Position numbers and translations under genes: made by a program. DNA of 64,000 nucleotides. Origin: a virus. Location: the IMG/VR virus record IMGVR_UViG_3300029922_000017, positions 64,001 through 128,000 of that record; one strand, written 5' to 3'. The notes below the pieces were generated by a model. That model was not told the DNA's origin. It was given only the letters and a program-made list of their open reading frames with translations, and did not search any database. Each line of letters opens with the position of its first letter. The first letter of the stretch is position 1. This document shows positions 8,722 to 17,449 of this stretch, piece by piece.

Positions 8722-8909
8722 TATGACCAAAGAAGAACGTAAGAAATATCTCATGTCCAAGCACATTGATATGAATGACCCTATCGGTGAATTGCCAACT
8801 TCAATTGTTGACATTGAAGATGAATTGTCGGTGAATGATGGCTATCAGGAACATCAAAAAACAGCCACAAAGAAATTGACAAGTGACGAATAATTGATAT
8901 ACTTTTTAT

Positions 8910-9074
8910 ATGAAACATAACATTGAATTGGACGGAAAGAAATACGTATTGGATGCCGAACGTGCTATTGCCCTTGGGGTTCTTGCCACGCAAACATATC
9001 GTTATAGTGATGTGAAGCAAGGAGATGTCTTTACTATTGGTGAAGTTAAGGATTTGAAGAAGGAAAGAAGTTGA
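8910..9074 (+). CDS. hypothetical protein (54 aa, below ORF-track cutoff)
   Basis: MKHNIELDGKKYVLDAERAIALG..., leaderless, TGA inside next TTGACA. Confidence 0.55.
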   Translation: MKHNIELDGKKYVLDAERAIALGVLATQTYRYSDVKQGDVFTIGEVKDLKKERS

Positions 9075-9129
9075 CATCTGATAATAAAACGGTATAATGA
9101 GTTTTAGTTAATTGCATATTTGGTGGAAT

Positions 9130-9215
9130 GGCGATGTGGAGAAATTTGGTAAACTCAGCATTCTTAAAAAGTGCCGGCTAACGCCTTGTGGATTCGACTT
9201 CCACCATCGCCACCA
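9130..9215 (+). tRNA. tRNA-Leu(UAA)
   Basis: GGCGATG/CATCGCC acceptor, loop CT-TAA-AA, long variable arm, TTCGACT, CCA. Confidence 0.92.
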
Positions 9216-9220
9216 ATTTC

Positions 9221-9252
9221 GAGCGGGATGGATTAACTTCCGCCCGCTTTTT
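9221..9252 (+). terminator. rho-independent terminator
   Basis: AGCGGG...CCCGCT stem plus T-run after tRNA-Leu. Confidence 0.7.
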
Positions 9253-9370
9253 TCTTGCCCTTAAGAGTAAGTATAACATATTAGATACTTATCTTATTCT
9301 TCTTCATAGGAAGATAATAAACTTTTTATTTGACTTCTATATAAAAATAGATATACTCTTTTATATTTAT

Positions 9371-9544
9371 ATGAAAAAGAAAAAATTGCCGGTCGTAACC
9401 TACGAAACTGTCATTACCATTAATGGCAAGGAACATGTTCAATCTTCAACTTCTTACACAGAGTCAGTCGGTGAAGCAATTACCGAGGGATGGTTGGAAA
9501 ATAAAGCATCCGAAATTATCGAATATATCAATGAAAACGATTGA
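9371..9544 (+). CDS. hypothetical protein
   Basis: Start MKKKK after promoter; stop inside next -35. Confidence 0.55.
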   Translation: MKKKKLPVVTYETVITINGKEHVQSSTSYTESVGEAITEGWLENKASEIIEYINEND

Positions 9545-9574
9545 CATTTAATAAACAATCTCTATCATAAGCAT

Positions 9575-10120
9575 ATGATTACATTACAGGAACGGTTTAC
9601 ATCTGGAGTTGGTGGATTTGTTCCGCCATTGAATTACATTCAACTTACTCGAAATGATAAGGTAGCGGTCTATCAACGATCACATTCGGATGGAACTATA
9701 AAAGATTTTGAGACATTCCTCATAAAAATTCTCCCAAAAGGGACACAAGTATTTCAAACAACGACCGAAGATGATGAAGAAAAATATGCGGCAACATCGT
9801 CATTTGGACGTATTGCTTGGTCATTTCACGGAACGAACGGTAAGCAAGCCGCAATTAATAAATTCAATGAATTGAATACGGCTCAAGCGGTGAAAGATGA
9901 TGAGGAAACTAATGAAAGTGAAGTTACAAATTCTAATACTACGTTTATTTTTCCGGTTGGTAAATTTTCCACGAAAGACTTTGCCGAAACCAATCATTGT
10001 GAGTATATTACTGCCTCGTTGTTTATCAAGTCTGCGGTGAATGATGGCACAATTAAATCCGCCGGTTCGGAACGTAGAAATGTCAAAGGAAAAGCAACTA
10101 ATCTCTTTGAGAAAGTTTAA
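9575..10120 (+). CDS. hypothetical protein with possible C-terminal winged-helix domain
   Basis: 181 aa; C-terminus resembles ORF 12658. Confidence 0.65.
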   Translation: MITLQERFTSGVGGFVPPLNYIQLTRNDKVAVYQRSHSDGTIKDFETFLIKILPKGTQVFQTTTEDDEEKYAATSSFGRIAWSFHGTNGKQAAINKFNELNTAQAVKDDEETNESEVTNSNTTFIFPVGKFSTKDFAETNHCEYITASLFIKSAVNDGTIKSAGSERRNVKGKATNLFEKV

Positions 10121-10122
10121 TT

Positions 10123-10311
10123 ATGAAATCAATTCCAAAAGTTGGTGAATGTATTAAATACGTTGAATCGTTGGGATATAAGTTTGATTCATACATTAAA
10201 GGTAGTGGATATTTCTTTCGTATAATCCGACCCGAAACTCGTCCTCCCCATAATTGGGAAATGACGTGGACACTTAATGAAATGCGAAATGCGGTGAAAA
10301 ATGGTTGTTAA
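10123..10311 (+). CDS. hypothetical protein
   Basis: Coupled to upstream gene. Confidence 0.55.
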   Translation: MKSIPKVGECIKYVESLGYKFDSYIKGSGYFFRIIRPETRPPHNWEMTWTLNEMRNAVKNGC

Positions 10312-10355
10312 TTTTATTGACTCTTCGGTGAAAATGTAGTATATTTATTCTTGTT

Positions 10356-10425
10356 GGTGCCAATTGTCTAGAGTAATTTCTTTATAAGAAATAAGTTCTT
10401 GGTTAGAATCCAAGTAGCACTACCA
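10356..10425 (+). tRNA. tRNA-Ile(UAU)-like, D-arm missing
   Basis: GGTGCCA/TAGCACT acceptor, ATTTC-TTTATAA-GAAAT anticodon arm, CTTGG-TTAGAAT-CCAAG T-arm, CCA; no D-stem. Confidence 0.6.
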
Positions 10426-10433
10426 ATTTTGAT

Positions 10434-10509
10434 GGCTCTATGGTGAAATTGAATATCACATGGCTCTTCTAAAGCTATATTCCGGGTTTAAATCCCGGTG
10501 GAGCCACCA
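10434..10509 (+). tRNA. tRNA-Arg(UCU)
   Basis: GGCTCTA/TGGAGCC acceptor, GTGA/TCAC D-stem, loop CT-TCT-AA, CCA. Confidence 0.9.
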
Positions 10510-10546
10510 CTACTACCATTTTTAATTTGTTCTTTTATAATTTGAT

Positions 10547-10828
10547 TGGCCTGAAGCTTAAATCTTTGTATAAGCTCTCGACTCATTGAAATTGGTGACT
10601 TTCTAGGGAAACCTAGATTGAAAATTGTGTAAATTCGGTGAACGGTTTAATATCCCAACGCCGAGCGAAATCTAGTAATAGAGACGTGTAGAGACTATAA
10701 TCACATACCGTAAGATTTTATCACGGTAAAGGCATAGTCCAGCCCACAAATACATATTATGTAGCGGCGAAAGTCGTAGAAGGGACGAATCGAAGGATAG
10801 CCGGGACGAGTGCCGGCCAGGCCAACCA
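10547..10828 (+). tRNA. tRNA with CAU anticodon (Ile2 or Met) split by a group I intron; exons 10547-10586 and 10788-10828
   Basis: TGGCCTG/CAGGCCA acceptor, spliced loop CT-CAT^AA between TCGA/TCGA, CCA end. Confidence 0.8.
10587..10787 (+). mobile_element. group I intron (IC3-like), no internal ORF
   Basis: Core-like AAATTCGGTGAA, AACGCCGAGC, GTAGAGACT, GCATAGTCC; P1 TCAT/GTGA with U.G at the splice site; terminal G. Confidence 0.85.
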
Positions 10829-10835
10829 ATTTAAT

Positions 10836-10975
10836 TTTGAAAGTGACACGGTAAATGTCCTAGAGACAACGAGAGTAGAATATTCAATGGCTAATGGACT
10901 GCTGTTACTCTGTTAAGAAACCCGTAAATGCTCAGTCCATAAGGGCATCGCAATTAAACGTTCGACACTTTCGAA
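10836..10975 (+). ncRNA. putative kissing-loop/pseudoknot RNA
   Basis: GAAAGTG/CACTTTC closing stem; ATGGACTG within one hairpin is complementary to CAGTCCAT in the ATGCTC/GGGCAT hairpin. Confidence 0.5.
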
Positions 10976-11019
10976 TCTTTTCTATTGACTTCTAATTAAA
11001 TATAGATATACTCTTTTAT

Positions 11020-11379
11020 ATGAAACATAAAACGATTGATGAATTTACTGGCCCGCCGGCTGGCACCTTTAAGAAATTCTTAAATATGAAAAAAATTAAA
11101 GCATTACAACTCCTGCAAAAGTCATATTCCCAATCCATTGAAGAAAATGGCGATGTTGATAGAATTGAATTTCAAGGTGGCGTTGAAGAGATGTCATTTG
11201 ATATTAATTCAATTGCCGTTTCTCTTTATACCGACAATGAAACTTGTATTTTTGAATATCATTTCACCAAACAGAATTTGATTGATGCCAAGATTGAAAA
11301 GCATAAAATCACTCTTAAAGATGTAGATGATAATGAAGTTGGTATCTTTTGTTATCATTCTGTGCCGTGTGAATTGTAA
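11020..11379 (+). CDS. hypothetical protein
   Basis: Leaderless, ATG 7 nt after TATACT. Confidence 0.65.
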   Translation: MKHKTIDEFTGPPAGTFKKFLNMKKIKALQLLQKSYSQSIEENGDVDRIEFQGGVEEMSFDINSIAVSLYTDNETCIFEYHFTKQNLIDAKIEKHKITLKDVDDNEVGIFCYHSVPCEL

Positions 11380-11423
11380 AATTATTTGACATTTACGGGA
11401 AACGTGGTAATATTTATTCTTAT

Positions 11424-11792
11424 ATGGCAAAAAAGAAATCCAACAATAACGAACCGGAGAAAGTTCCTTCACCTAATCAGGTTAATCCGTCACATGAAAT
11501 GGATGAATTGGCTAAACAAGGAACTGCTCTATTAACTCCTGCTGATGAAATTCCTATTCCAGTTAAGCCGGTGGTAGTTGATGAGAAAAACATTTATGTT
11601 CGTGCTAAAAAAGTTATGTATGATGCTATGCCGCAATGGCGCAGAATAGAGTTGGATAAGATGTTTGAACGTAAAGACTTTGATAATAGACATTACGCTC
11701 AATTCATCAAGGACCTGAATGTAAAGGCTCAATGGATTGAAGCGGATGATGAAGAAAAAGCAAAGAAAGCATTGACTCCAGTTAAGAAATAA
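11424..11792 (+). CDS. hypothetical protein
   Basis: 122-aa ORF after promoter. Confidence 0.7.
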   Translation: MAKKKSNNNEPEKVPSPNQVNPSHEMDELAKQGTALLTPADEIPIPVKPVVVDEKNIYVRAKKVMYDAMPQWRRIELDKMFERKDFDNRHYAQFIKDLNVKAQWIEADDEEKAKKALTPVKK

Positions 11793-12177
11793 GTATAATA
11801 CCAATATGAAGAAACCATACGTTTTGCCAACCATTGCATCGCAAGAAACGGAAATTAAACTCCTCAAAGAATTGCTTTATATTTCGATTGAAGCATTGCG
11901 AGAGTGGTCAAATGATGAAAGTTCTGACCTGAAAGAAGTTGACAGGGCAATCAAGGAAAACGAAATCAATTTTAATAGTTAATTTGGGGGTCAGTCTTGG
12001 GGTTGGATTAACGGTAGAGTATTAATTTATTCTACCGTTTTTTATTTCTATCGGTCTTCCTAAGTATCTATAATGAAATACTTACCATCCGTCGGTGAGA
12101 CTCGGTGAATTTGGTGTCCTATTTTGATACAATAAATAAATCAAAATTCATTTGACATCTATTAAAAAATAGATATA

Positions 12178-12396
12178 TTGATGTATATGAAAAATACAAA
12201 TCTTGAAATTGCCGTGTATGATTTAGTTGGTGCTATCAAACAAATTTGTTTAGGAAGCATTGAATATGTTGTTATTAACGACTCTGTTATTTCTTTAATT
12301 TATAATTGGAATAGCCATAATGCCGATATTAAAATTGATGTTGTCAATGAAACGAATAATTGGAATAGGATTAAAGACGAAATTATTAATCAATAA
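12178..12396 (+). CDS. hypothetical protein
   Basis: ORF after promoter near 12152; true start probably MKNTN. Confidence 0.55.
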   Translation: MMYMKNTNLEIAVYDLVGAIKQICLGSIEYVVINDSVISLIYNWNSHNADIKIDVVNETNNWNRIKDEIINQ

Positions 12397-12435
12397 ACAT
12401 TTGACATTTAATATTAAATAGATATACTCTTGTAT

Positions 12436-12606
12436 ATGAAAAACAAATTCCCAATTGGTAGTGAAGTAACTGCAACTCCGAAAGACGGAGATTTTGCCAA
12501 CGAATTCACCGGTATTGTTGTTAGTCACAATAAAGGATACATTCAAGTCCGTGACCAAGATGATAATGTATTTGATTGTGATGAAATTCAATTGACTTTG
12601 GAATAA
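12436..12606 (+). CDS. hypothetical protein (56 aa)
   Basis: MKNKFPIGSEVTATPKDG..., leaderless after promoter 12401. Confidence 0.55.
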   Translation: MKNKFPIGSEVTATPKDGDFANEFTGIVVSHNKGYIQVRDQDDNVFDCDEIQLTLE

Positions 12607-12657
12607 AAATTGATATACTCAATTTATAGTTAAAACAAAAAACAAAACAAAACAAAC

Positions 12658-13119
12658 ATGAAAAACAAAAACAAAAAGAACGAAGTTCGTGGCGTCGGTC
12701 GTCCCTCCGCTACGATTAACTACCCCAACCGTAAATTCACCTTTTCCGATTTGAAGGCTGAAAATACTCACGTTACACCGCTCTGCCTCCGCAAGCATCT
12801 GGAAAAGGATGCGTTGCTCGGCAAGAAGTCGCTGATTGTGAAGTTGGACGAAAAGCGTCCCACTGAAAGCGGCAAGGGTCGCAAGCTCGAAGTGTATCAA
12901 AAGCGTTCCCGTCAGGGTATTGGCTCGGTTGCCAAGACGGTTAAGCCGGTGACGAAGACCGTCACTGTGCCGGTGGTGGCGATTGCTACCCCTGCGGCTG
13001 ATACTATCCCCATCCCTACCCCCACGGTGGAGACGGCTACGATTGCAGTTTCGCCCACGTCGCCCGAAATTAAGGCTCTGGCCGATGAATTGATTGGCAA
13101 GACTCCGGCAGTTGCCTAA
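12658..13119 (+). CDS. basic putative DNA-binding protein with Pro/Thr/Ala-rich tail
   Basis: GRP motif, Lys/Arg-rich, GC-rich codons, (CAAAA)n leader, terminator downstream. Confidence 0.7.
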   Translation: MKNKNKKNEVRGVGRPSATINYPNRKFTFSDLKAENTHVTPLCLRKHLEKDALLGKKSLIVKLDEKRPTESGKGRKLEVYQKRSRQGIGSVAKTVKPVTKTVTVPVVAIATPAADTIPIPTPTVETATIAVSPTSPEIKALADELIGKTPAVA

Positions 13120-13135
13120 ACAAGTAAATTACATT

Positions 13136-13167
13136 AAAACGCTACTCTTAAATGGGTAGCGTTTTTT
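13136..13167 (+). terminator. rho-independent terminator
   Basis: AAAACGCTAC...GTAGCGTTTTTT. Confidence 0.8.
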
Positions 13168-13204
13168 ATTTGACATTTGTATTAATATAGATATACTCTT
13201 ACCC

Positions 13205-13462
13205 ATGAATATTGACCTATCTAAAATAACAGATATTGAATTTGACGGGATTGACCATAAAGATTATCCTGAATATTGTAACGCATATATTAATAAAGCG
13301 TCAATTGAGATTACCCTACAAGAATATAATCTCTGTCAGGGTAGCAATCAAGTTTCCTATGATGGAAGATATTACAGAAACTTGACTGATACCGAATTGG
13401 AATATATTCAGGATAATCATGGAGATTGGGTTTATGAAAAACTTTGGAATTTTATTCATTAA
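13205..13462 (+). CDS. hypothetical protein
   Basis: 85-aa leaderless ORF. Confidence 0.65.
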   Translation: MNIDLSKITDIEFDGIDHKDYPEYCNAYINKASIEITLQEYNLCQGSNQVSYDGRYYRNLTDTELEYIQDNHGDWVYEKLWNFIH

Positions 13463-13465
13463 CAT

Positions 13466-13493
13466 TTGACATTAGAATAAAAATAGATATACT
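13466..13493 (+). promoter_or_regulatory. sigma70-type promoter of leaderless gene
   Basis: TTGACA-ttagaataaaaataga-TATACT, ATG 7 nt downstream at 13501. Confidence 0.8.
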
Positions 13494-13500
13494 CTCTTAT

Positions 13501-14301
13501 ATGAAACTATTAAATGTTGGCACCGACTCTAAAACAATCAAAGGTGAAGTGTTTGGTTATTACACTGCTATCTTATATCTTGCACCGGCCAATGAAAGCG
13601 GTGAAATTAATACTTGCCCCAATGCTTCAAATGGTTGTAAATCCGCTTGTCTCTACAATTCAGGATTGGCTGGGGTATTTCCTACCATTAAAGAAGCAAG
13701 AATTAATAAAACTAAATTCTTTGTTGAAAATCGCCAAGGATTTATGGAAACTTTGATCGGTGATATTAATAAATTAATTGCTATGTCAAAGCGTGACCAG
13801 ATGACTGGTGTTGTGAGACTTAATGGCACGTCGGACCTTGCTTGGGAAAGTATTAAGATTAATGGTAAAAATATCATGGAGCATTTTCCTGATATTACCT
13901 TCTATGATTATACAAAGTCTATTTCTCGTATGATGCGTTTTCTTAAAGGTCAATTTCCTAAAAATTATTATTTGACTTTTAGCCGGAGTGAAGATAATTA
14001 TGAAAGTTGCCGGAAAGTTTTGCGGAATGGTGGCAACGTCGCCGCTGTATTTCTCAAAAATCTGCCGGAAAAATTCATGGGTAAAACGGTTATTGTTGGT
14101 GATGATAGCGATTTGCGCTTTAATGATTTGAAGAATGTTATTGTCGGCTTAACGGAAAAGGGAAGTAAAGCCAAAAAAGATAAATCGGGATTTGTTATTA
14201 AGGTGGCATTGAATAAATTGAAAGTTGCTGGTTTTGTGGATTATTCTACGCCCCTGAAATTCAGCATGAAAAAGAACGGAATTCAATTGACAGTTGCCTA
14301 A
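13501..14301 (+). CDS. Gp88-like (radical-SAM-like Fe-S) phage protein
   Basis: CPNASNGCKSACL, RLNGTSD, FYDYTK, YLTFS motifs. Confidence 0.75.
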   Translation: MKLLNVGTDSKTIKGEVFGYYTAILYLAPANESGEINTCPNASNGCKSACLYNSGLAGVFPTIKEARINKTKFFVENRQGFMETLIGDINKLIAMSKRDQMTGVVRLNGTSDLAWESIKINGKNIMEHFPDITFYDYTKSISRMMRFLKGQFPKNYYLTFSRSEDNYESCRKVLRNGGNVAAVFLKNLPEKFMGKTVIVGDDSDLRFNDLKNVIVGLTEKGSKAKKDKSGFVIKVALNKLKVAGFVDYSTPLKFSMKKNGIQLTVA

Positions 14302-14320
14302 CAATCAATATACTAATTTT

Positions 14321-14512
14321 ATGATTAAAACCAACGAAAAATATTACCGGTATCTTTACAAGCTACAAAATAGCGGTGAAACCAATATGTTTGGAGCCGG
14401 ACAATTTCTCCGTGATACATTTGGAATTGACCGTAAAGAGGCAACAGAAATATTGACTTACTGGATGCAAAATTACGAAGAAATTGCCAAAGAATTACAC
14501 ATTGACATTTAA
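14321..14512 (+). CDS. hypothetical protein
   Basis: SGETNMFGA motif; short ORF. Confidence 0.6.
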   Translation: MIKTNEKYYRYLYKLQNSGETNMFGAGQFLRDTFGIDRKEATEILTYWMQNYEEIAKELHIDI

Positions 14513-14535
14513 CAAACTATCAATATATTAATCAT

Positions 14536-14721
14536 ATGAAAATTAAATTGCCGGAAGGCCATGAATGGCGGGAAGCACAATCGGCAAGTTCAAATGAAAC
14601 CTTATTCATTTGTAAAGTGTGCCAAGCATCATTTACCCATGATATGATTGATAACTCAACTCAATTTGAAGATGGTATTAATGATGACTGCGGTGAAAAT
14701 GAAGAGCAAGAGTGCGTATGA
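14536..14721 (+). CDS. hypothetical protein (CxxC)
   Basis: Leaderless ORF. Confidence 0.55.
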   Translation: MKIKLPEGHEWREAQSASSNETLFICKVCQASFTHDMIDNSTQFEDGINDDCGENEEQECV

Positions 14722-14912
14722 AATATAAATCTCTTAAATCATTTACTCTAGCGGTGAACAAGATGGCTCGTCAAGATTGGAGAGTTCATCACGATTTTCC
14801 GGAAAGAATGATGGAATATTATTGGGAACAGAATTATACTCCTCGTCAAGTATTAACTCAATTGGCTACGGATGCCGAAATGGAAAATGCAGCAGAAGCG
14901 AGAATGTCTTAA
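14712..14912 (+). CDS. hypothetical protein
   Basis: Overlaps upstream stop. Confidence 0.55.
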   Translation: MRMKYKSLKSFTLAVNKMARQDWRVHHDFPERMMEYYWEQNYTPRQVLTQLATDAEMENAAEARMS

Positions 14913-15295
14913 TTTATGTATAACTACACACTTGAAAATGGGAAGTTTCCAGACTTGACCGAAAAACAATTTTTATACTTGTTTAATATTGGCGGATTGA
15001 TATACTCGGTTGGCTATGGACATTGTAAATTTGCCGATGGAGTTTGCTATACTGATATTGAGCTGGCACTGAAAGGAATTCCCAATGACTAAAAATTATA
15101 TTATTGTCGGTGAAATGACTGGTCATGAAACTGCCCTATACTGGGGTAACAATTGGGAATGGATTGAAGATTTTAGTAAAGCTCAGAAATGGACAGATGA
15201 AGTTCTCCGTTTGGAATTGCCAATTGGTGCTACTGGCTGCATGGAATTAACTGAATTCGATTGACAAACAATAAAAAATAAATATACTCTTAAAT

Positions 15296-15688
15296 ATGAA
15301 CAATAATTACGACAATATCTATATCGAAGTTAGCAACAATACAGAATGTTTGGCGGCGATGCTCTTGCTATCAAAACTTTCAGGTAAAGAAATTAATGAG
15401 ACCTCACTTGACGCTGCGATTAATAATTGGTCATTCTATAATTTTGTAACCATTACTGGTGGAAATGTGGTTAGGAAAGTAGATTCTTATTCTGCCAAGA
15501 AGATTGTTTCTTTCAAAGAAATTGGAAATCTTGATGTGCTCATAAACGCAAAGGTAGAAGTTAAATTAAATTCTACTTATACCGCTATCGTAACCAACGA
15601 TACTGTTGAAGTTGGTTGTCAGAAGTTTCCTATCTCCATCATTGACGAATTGGTGAAAGCCCGTAAAACGGTGCTTGACAACAAGTAA
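15296..15688 (+). CDS. hypothetical protein, VGCQ family
   Basis: VKLNSTYTA...VEVGCQKFP C-terminus. Confidence 0.75.
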   Translation: MNNNYDNIYIEVSNNTECLAAMLLLSKLSGKEINETSLDAAINNWSFYNFVTITGGNVVRKVDSYSAKKIVSFKEIGNLDVLINAKVEVKLNSTYTAIVTNDTVEVGCQKFPISIIDELVKARKTVLDNK

Positions 15689-15733
15689 AATTTAAGTATA
15701 ATTCAAACATAACAAAAAACAAAAAACAAAAAT

Positions 15734-16033
15734 ATGGAAAACATTATCTATCAACGCACTCGTGACCGTAAGAATAACCCAAATGGGGTTGTGATTGCTA
15801 TGAAACTTAAAAATGGCAAGGGAGTTAAATTTGGATGGAGTAAGGCCAATTTTAAGGCTGGCGACAAGTTTAACCTTCAAGAAGGTTTGCGACTGGCTAC
15901 TCAACGTGCCATTAAGGGTAGCACCAAGGAAATTCCACACTCTATTCAGAATGATTATACCGATATGGTAAATAGGTCCGTAAGATACTTTTTTAAGGGG
16001 ACATCGGTGAAAGTTGTTCCTGTCAAATCTTAA
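15734..16033 (+). CDS. hypothetical protein
   Basis: 99 aa, (CAAAAA)n leader. Confidence 0.7.
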   Translation: MENIIYQRTRDRKNNPNGVVIAMKLKNGKGVKFGWSKANFKAGDKFNLQEGLRLATQRAIKGSTKEIPHSIQNDYTDMVNRSVRYFFKGTSVKVVPVKS

Positions 16034-16039
16034 ATTAAT

Positions 16040-16399
16040 ATGAACTCAAATAAATATGACATGGTCATCGGAACGTCAAATGTTGCCGAAAAATTGGCAC
16101 TTGGAGCCTTGCTCAAGTCGCTCGGTGAACCTACCCATTCAAAGTCGTTTGACCCCGCTACTACCGATGCTAGATATCTCAGTGTAAAGTTTATCACTGG
16201 AGAATGGGTGGGAAGTAGTTCGCAGTCTACCATTACATTTTCCGACTTCATTAAAGCCGAATTTAGAAGTAAAAAAACAACTGTAAAGTTGAATTCGGAA
16301 TATTCTGCGGAATATATTGATGGTAGTGATTTTGTGACGGTTGGATGTCAGAAGTTTCCGGTGTCGGTGATTAAAGAACTGGCCTCAAAACTTTCTTGA
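16040..16399 (+). CDS. hypothetical protein, VGCQ family
   Basis: VKLNSEYSA...VTVGCQKFP C-terminus. Confidence 0.75.
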   Translation: MNSNKYDMVIGTSNVAEKLALGALLKSLGEPTHSKSFDPATTDARYLSVKFITGEWVGSSSQSTITFSDFIKAEFRSKKTTVKLNSEYSAEYIDGSDFVTVGCQKFPVSVIKELASKLS

Positions 16400-16440
16400 A
16401 AAAGTATTTGACAATTATTGGAAATCTGATATATTGTCTC

Positions 16441-16835
16441 TGTTGGTCGGTGAAAAGGCAAAAGTAGTTAAACAGGATAAGTAAGATTGCAAGCCCTTCA
16501 ATCTTTACCAATAATTAAAATTTGTGTAACAAAAACGGCGTGACTGTCGCTTACAAAAAACAAATATATCCACTAGTCAGGATATACAACGGGACATTTG
16601 ATATTAGTCTCGTCGGAACGGAAGTAATTAGCCTAATCCGAATTATAAAAGAACGGTTTTTATGAGCAAGTTTTTTCCATAGGAAATAAAACTGCTTTTT
16701 AAAGAAAAGTAGTGTAGTTTATGATAGAAAAACTCCTATGGAGTTCTACATTATAATAGGTTTACTATTTCCTACTGAAAATAAAAAAGCGGTGTTTTAC
16801 GGTATTTTTTGTCCGAGTAATTCAAAAATACCATT
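16441..16835 (+). ncRNA. putative structured RNA(s) upstream of tRNA-Met
   Basis: Promoter near 16408, no ORF, at least seven consecutive hairpins. Confidence 0.4.
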
Positions 16836-16840
16836 AATTT

Positions 16841-16914
16841 TGCAGATTGTTGTAATCCGGTAACATATGAGGCTCATAACTTCATGTTCACGTTCAAATC
16901 GTGGTCTGCTACCA
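16841..16914 (+). tRNA. tRNA-Met(CAU), initiator-like
   Basis: TGCAGAT/GTCTGCT with 1:72 mismatch, TGAGG-CTCATAA-CTTCA, TTCAAAT T-loop, CCA; T-stem only 4 bp. Confidence 0.8.
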
Positions 16915-17449
16915 TTTTTCCAAATTGTTCCTCTACAAATTTTGGGTTGTATTTCCCCATATCTTTAATGATATATGGAGTATATCCCATTTTCTTAATT
17001 TCTTCAATTTTAATATTATCTCTATTTTGAACTTGTTTAACCGAATGTTTTTTTGTTATTTTTTCATAGTGCCATTTACCATTCCACAATATTGCCAATT
17101 TATAATCAGGAAGTATAACATCAGCATCCCAATCGTTAAACATTGGTTCGTTGGTCAATACAGTCTTAAATTGTTTCTTACATAATTCGGAAAAATAAAT
17201 TTCATTTTTACTTCGCCTACTTTCAACTTGAACTTTAATCGAGTTCCTACCCATACGGGTATAGTGACCATTAGATTTCATACTATCAACTATACATTTT
17301 CGACAAGTTTGCTTCAATCTAATAGAACGTCGGAGTTTTGCCCATTTTTTATATTCCATAACACTATTACAAATAGGGCAGTTTTTTCTAAATGGTGGAA
17401 AGTGTTTGGTTAATGTTGCTCGAATTTTTTCTTTAGTTGTATCAGTCAT
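16874..17449 (-). CDS. putative homing endonuclease (Vsr/DUF559-like PD-(D/E)XK) with Zn-finger N-terminus
   Basis: CPIC...CRKC, SKNEIYF, DADVILP..KLAILWNGKWHY, RDNIK...GY motifs. Confidence 0.7.
   Translation of the reverse strand: MTDTTKEKIRATLTKHFPPFRKNCPICNSVMEYKKWAKLRRSIRLKQTCRKCIVDSMKSNGHYTRMGRNSIKVQVESRRSKNEIYFSELCKKQFKTVLTNEPMFNDWDADVILPDYKLAILWNGKWHYEKITKKHSVKQVQNRDNIKIEEIKKMGYTPYIIKDMGKYNPKFVEEQFGKMVADHDLNVNMKL

Noticed and set aside
9188-9370. N-terminal extension of ORF 9188-9544
   Set aside because: Overlaps tRNA-Leu, its terminator and a promoter; real start is 9371
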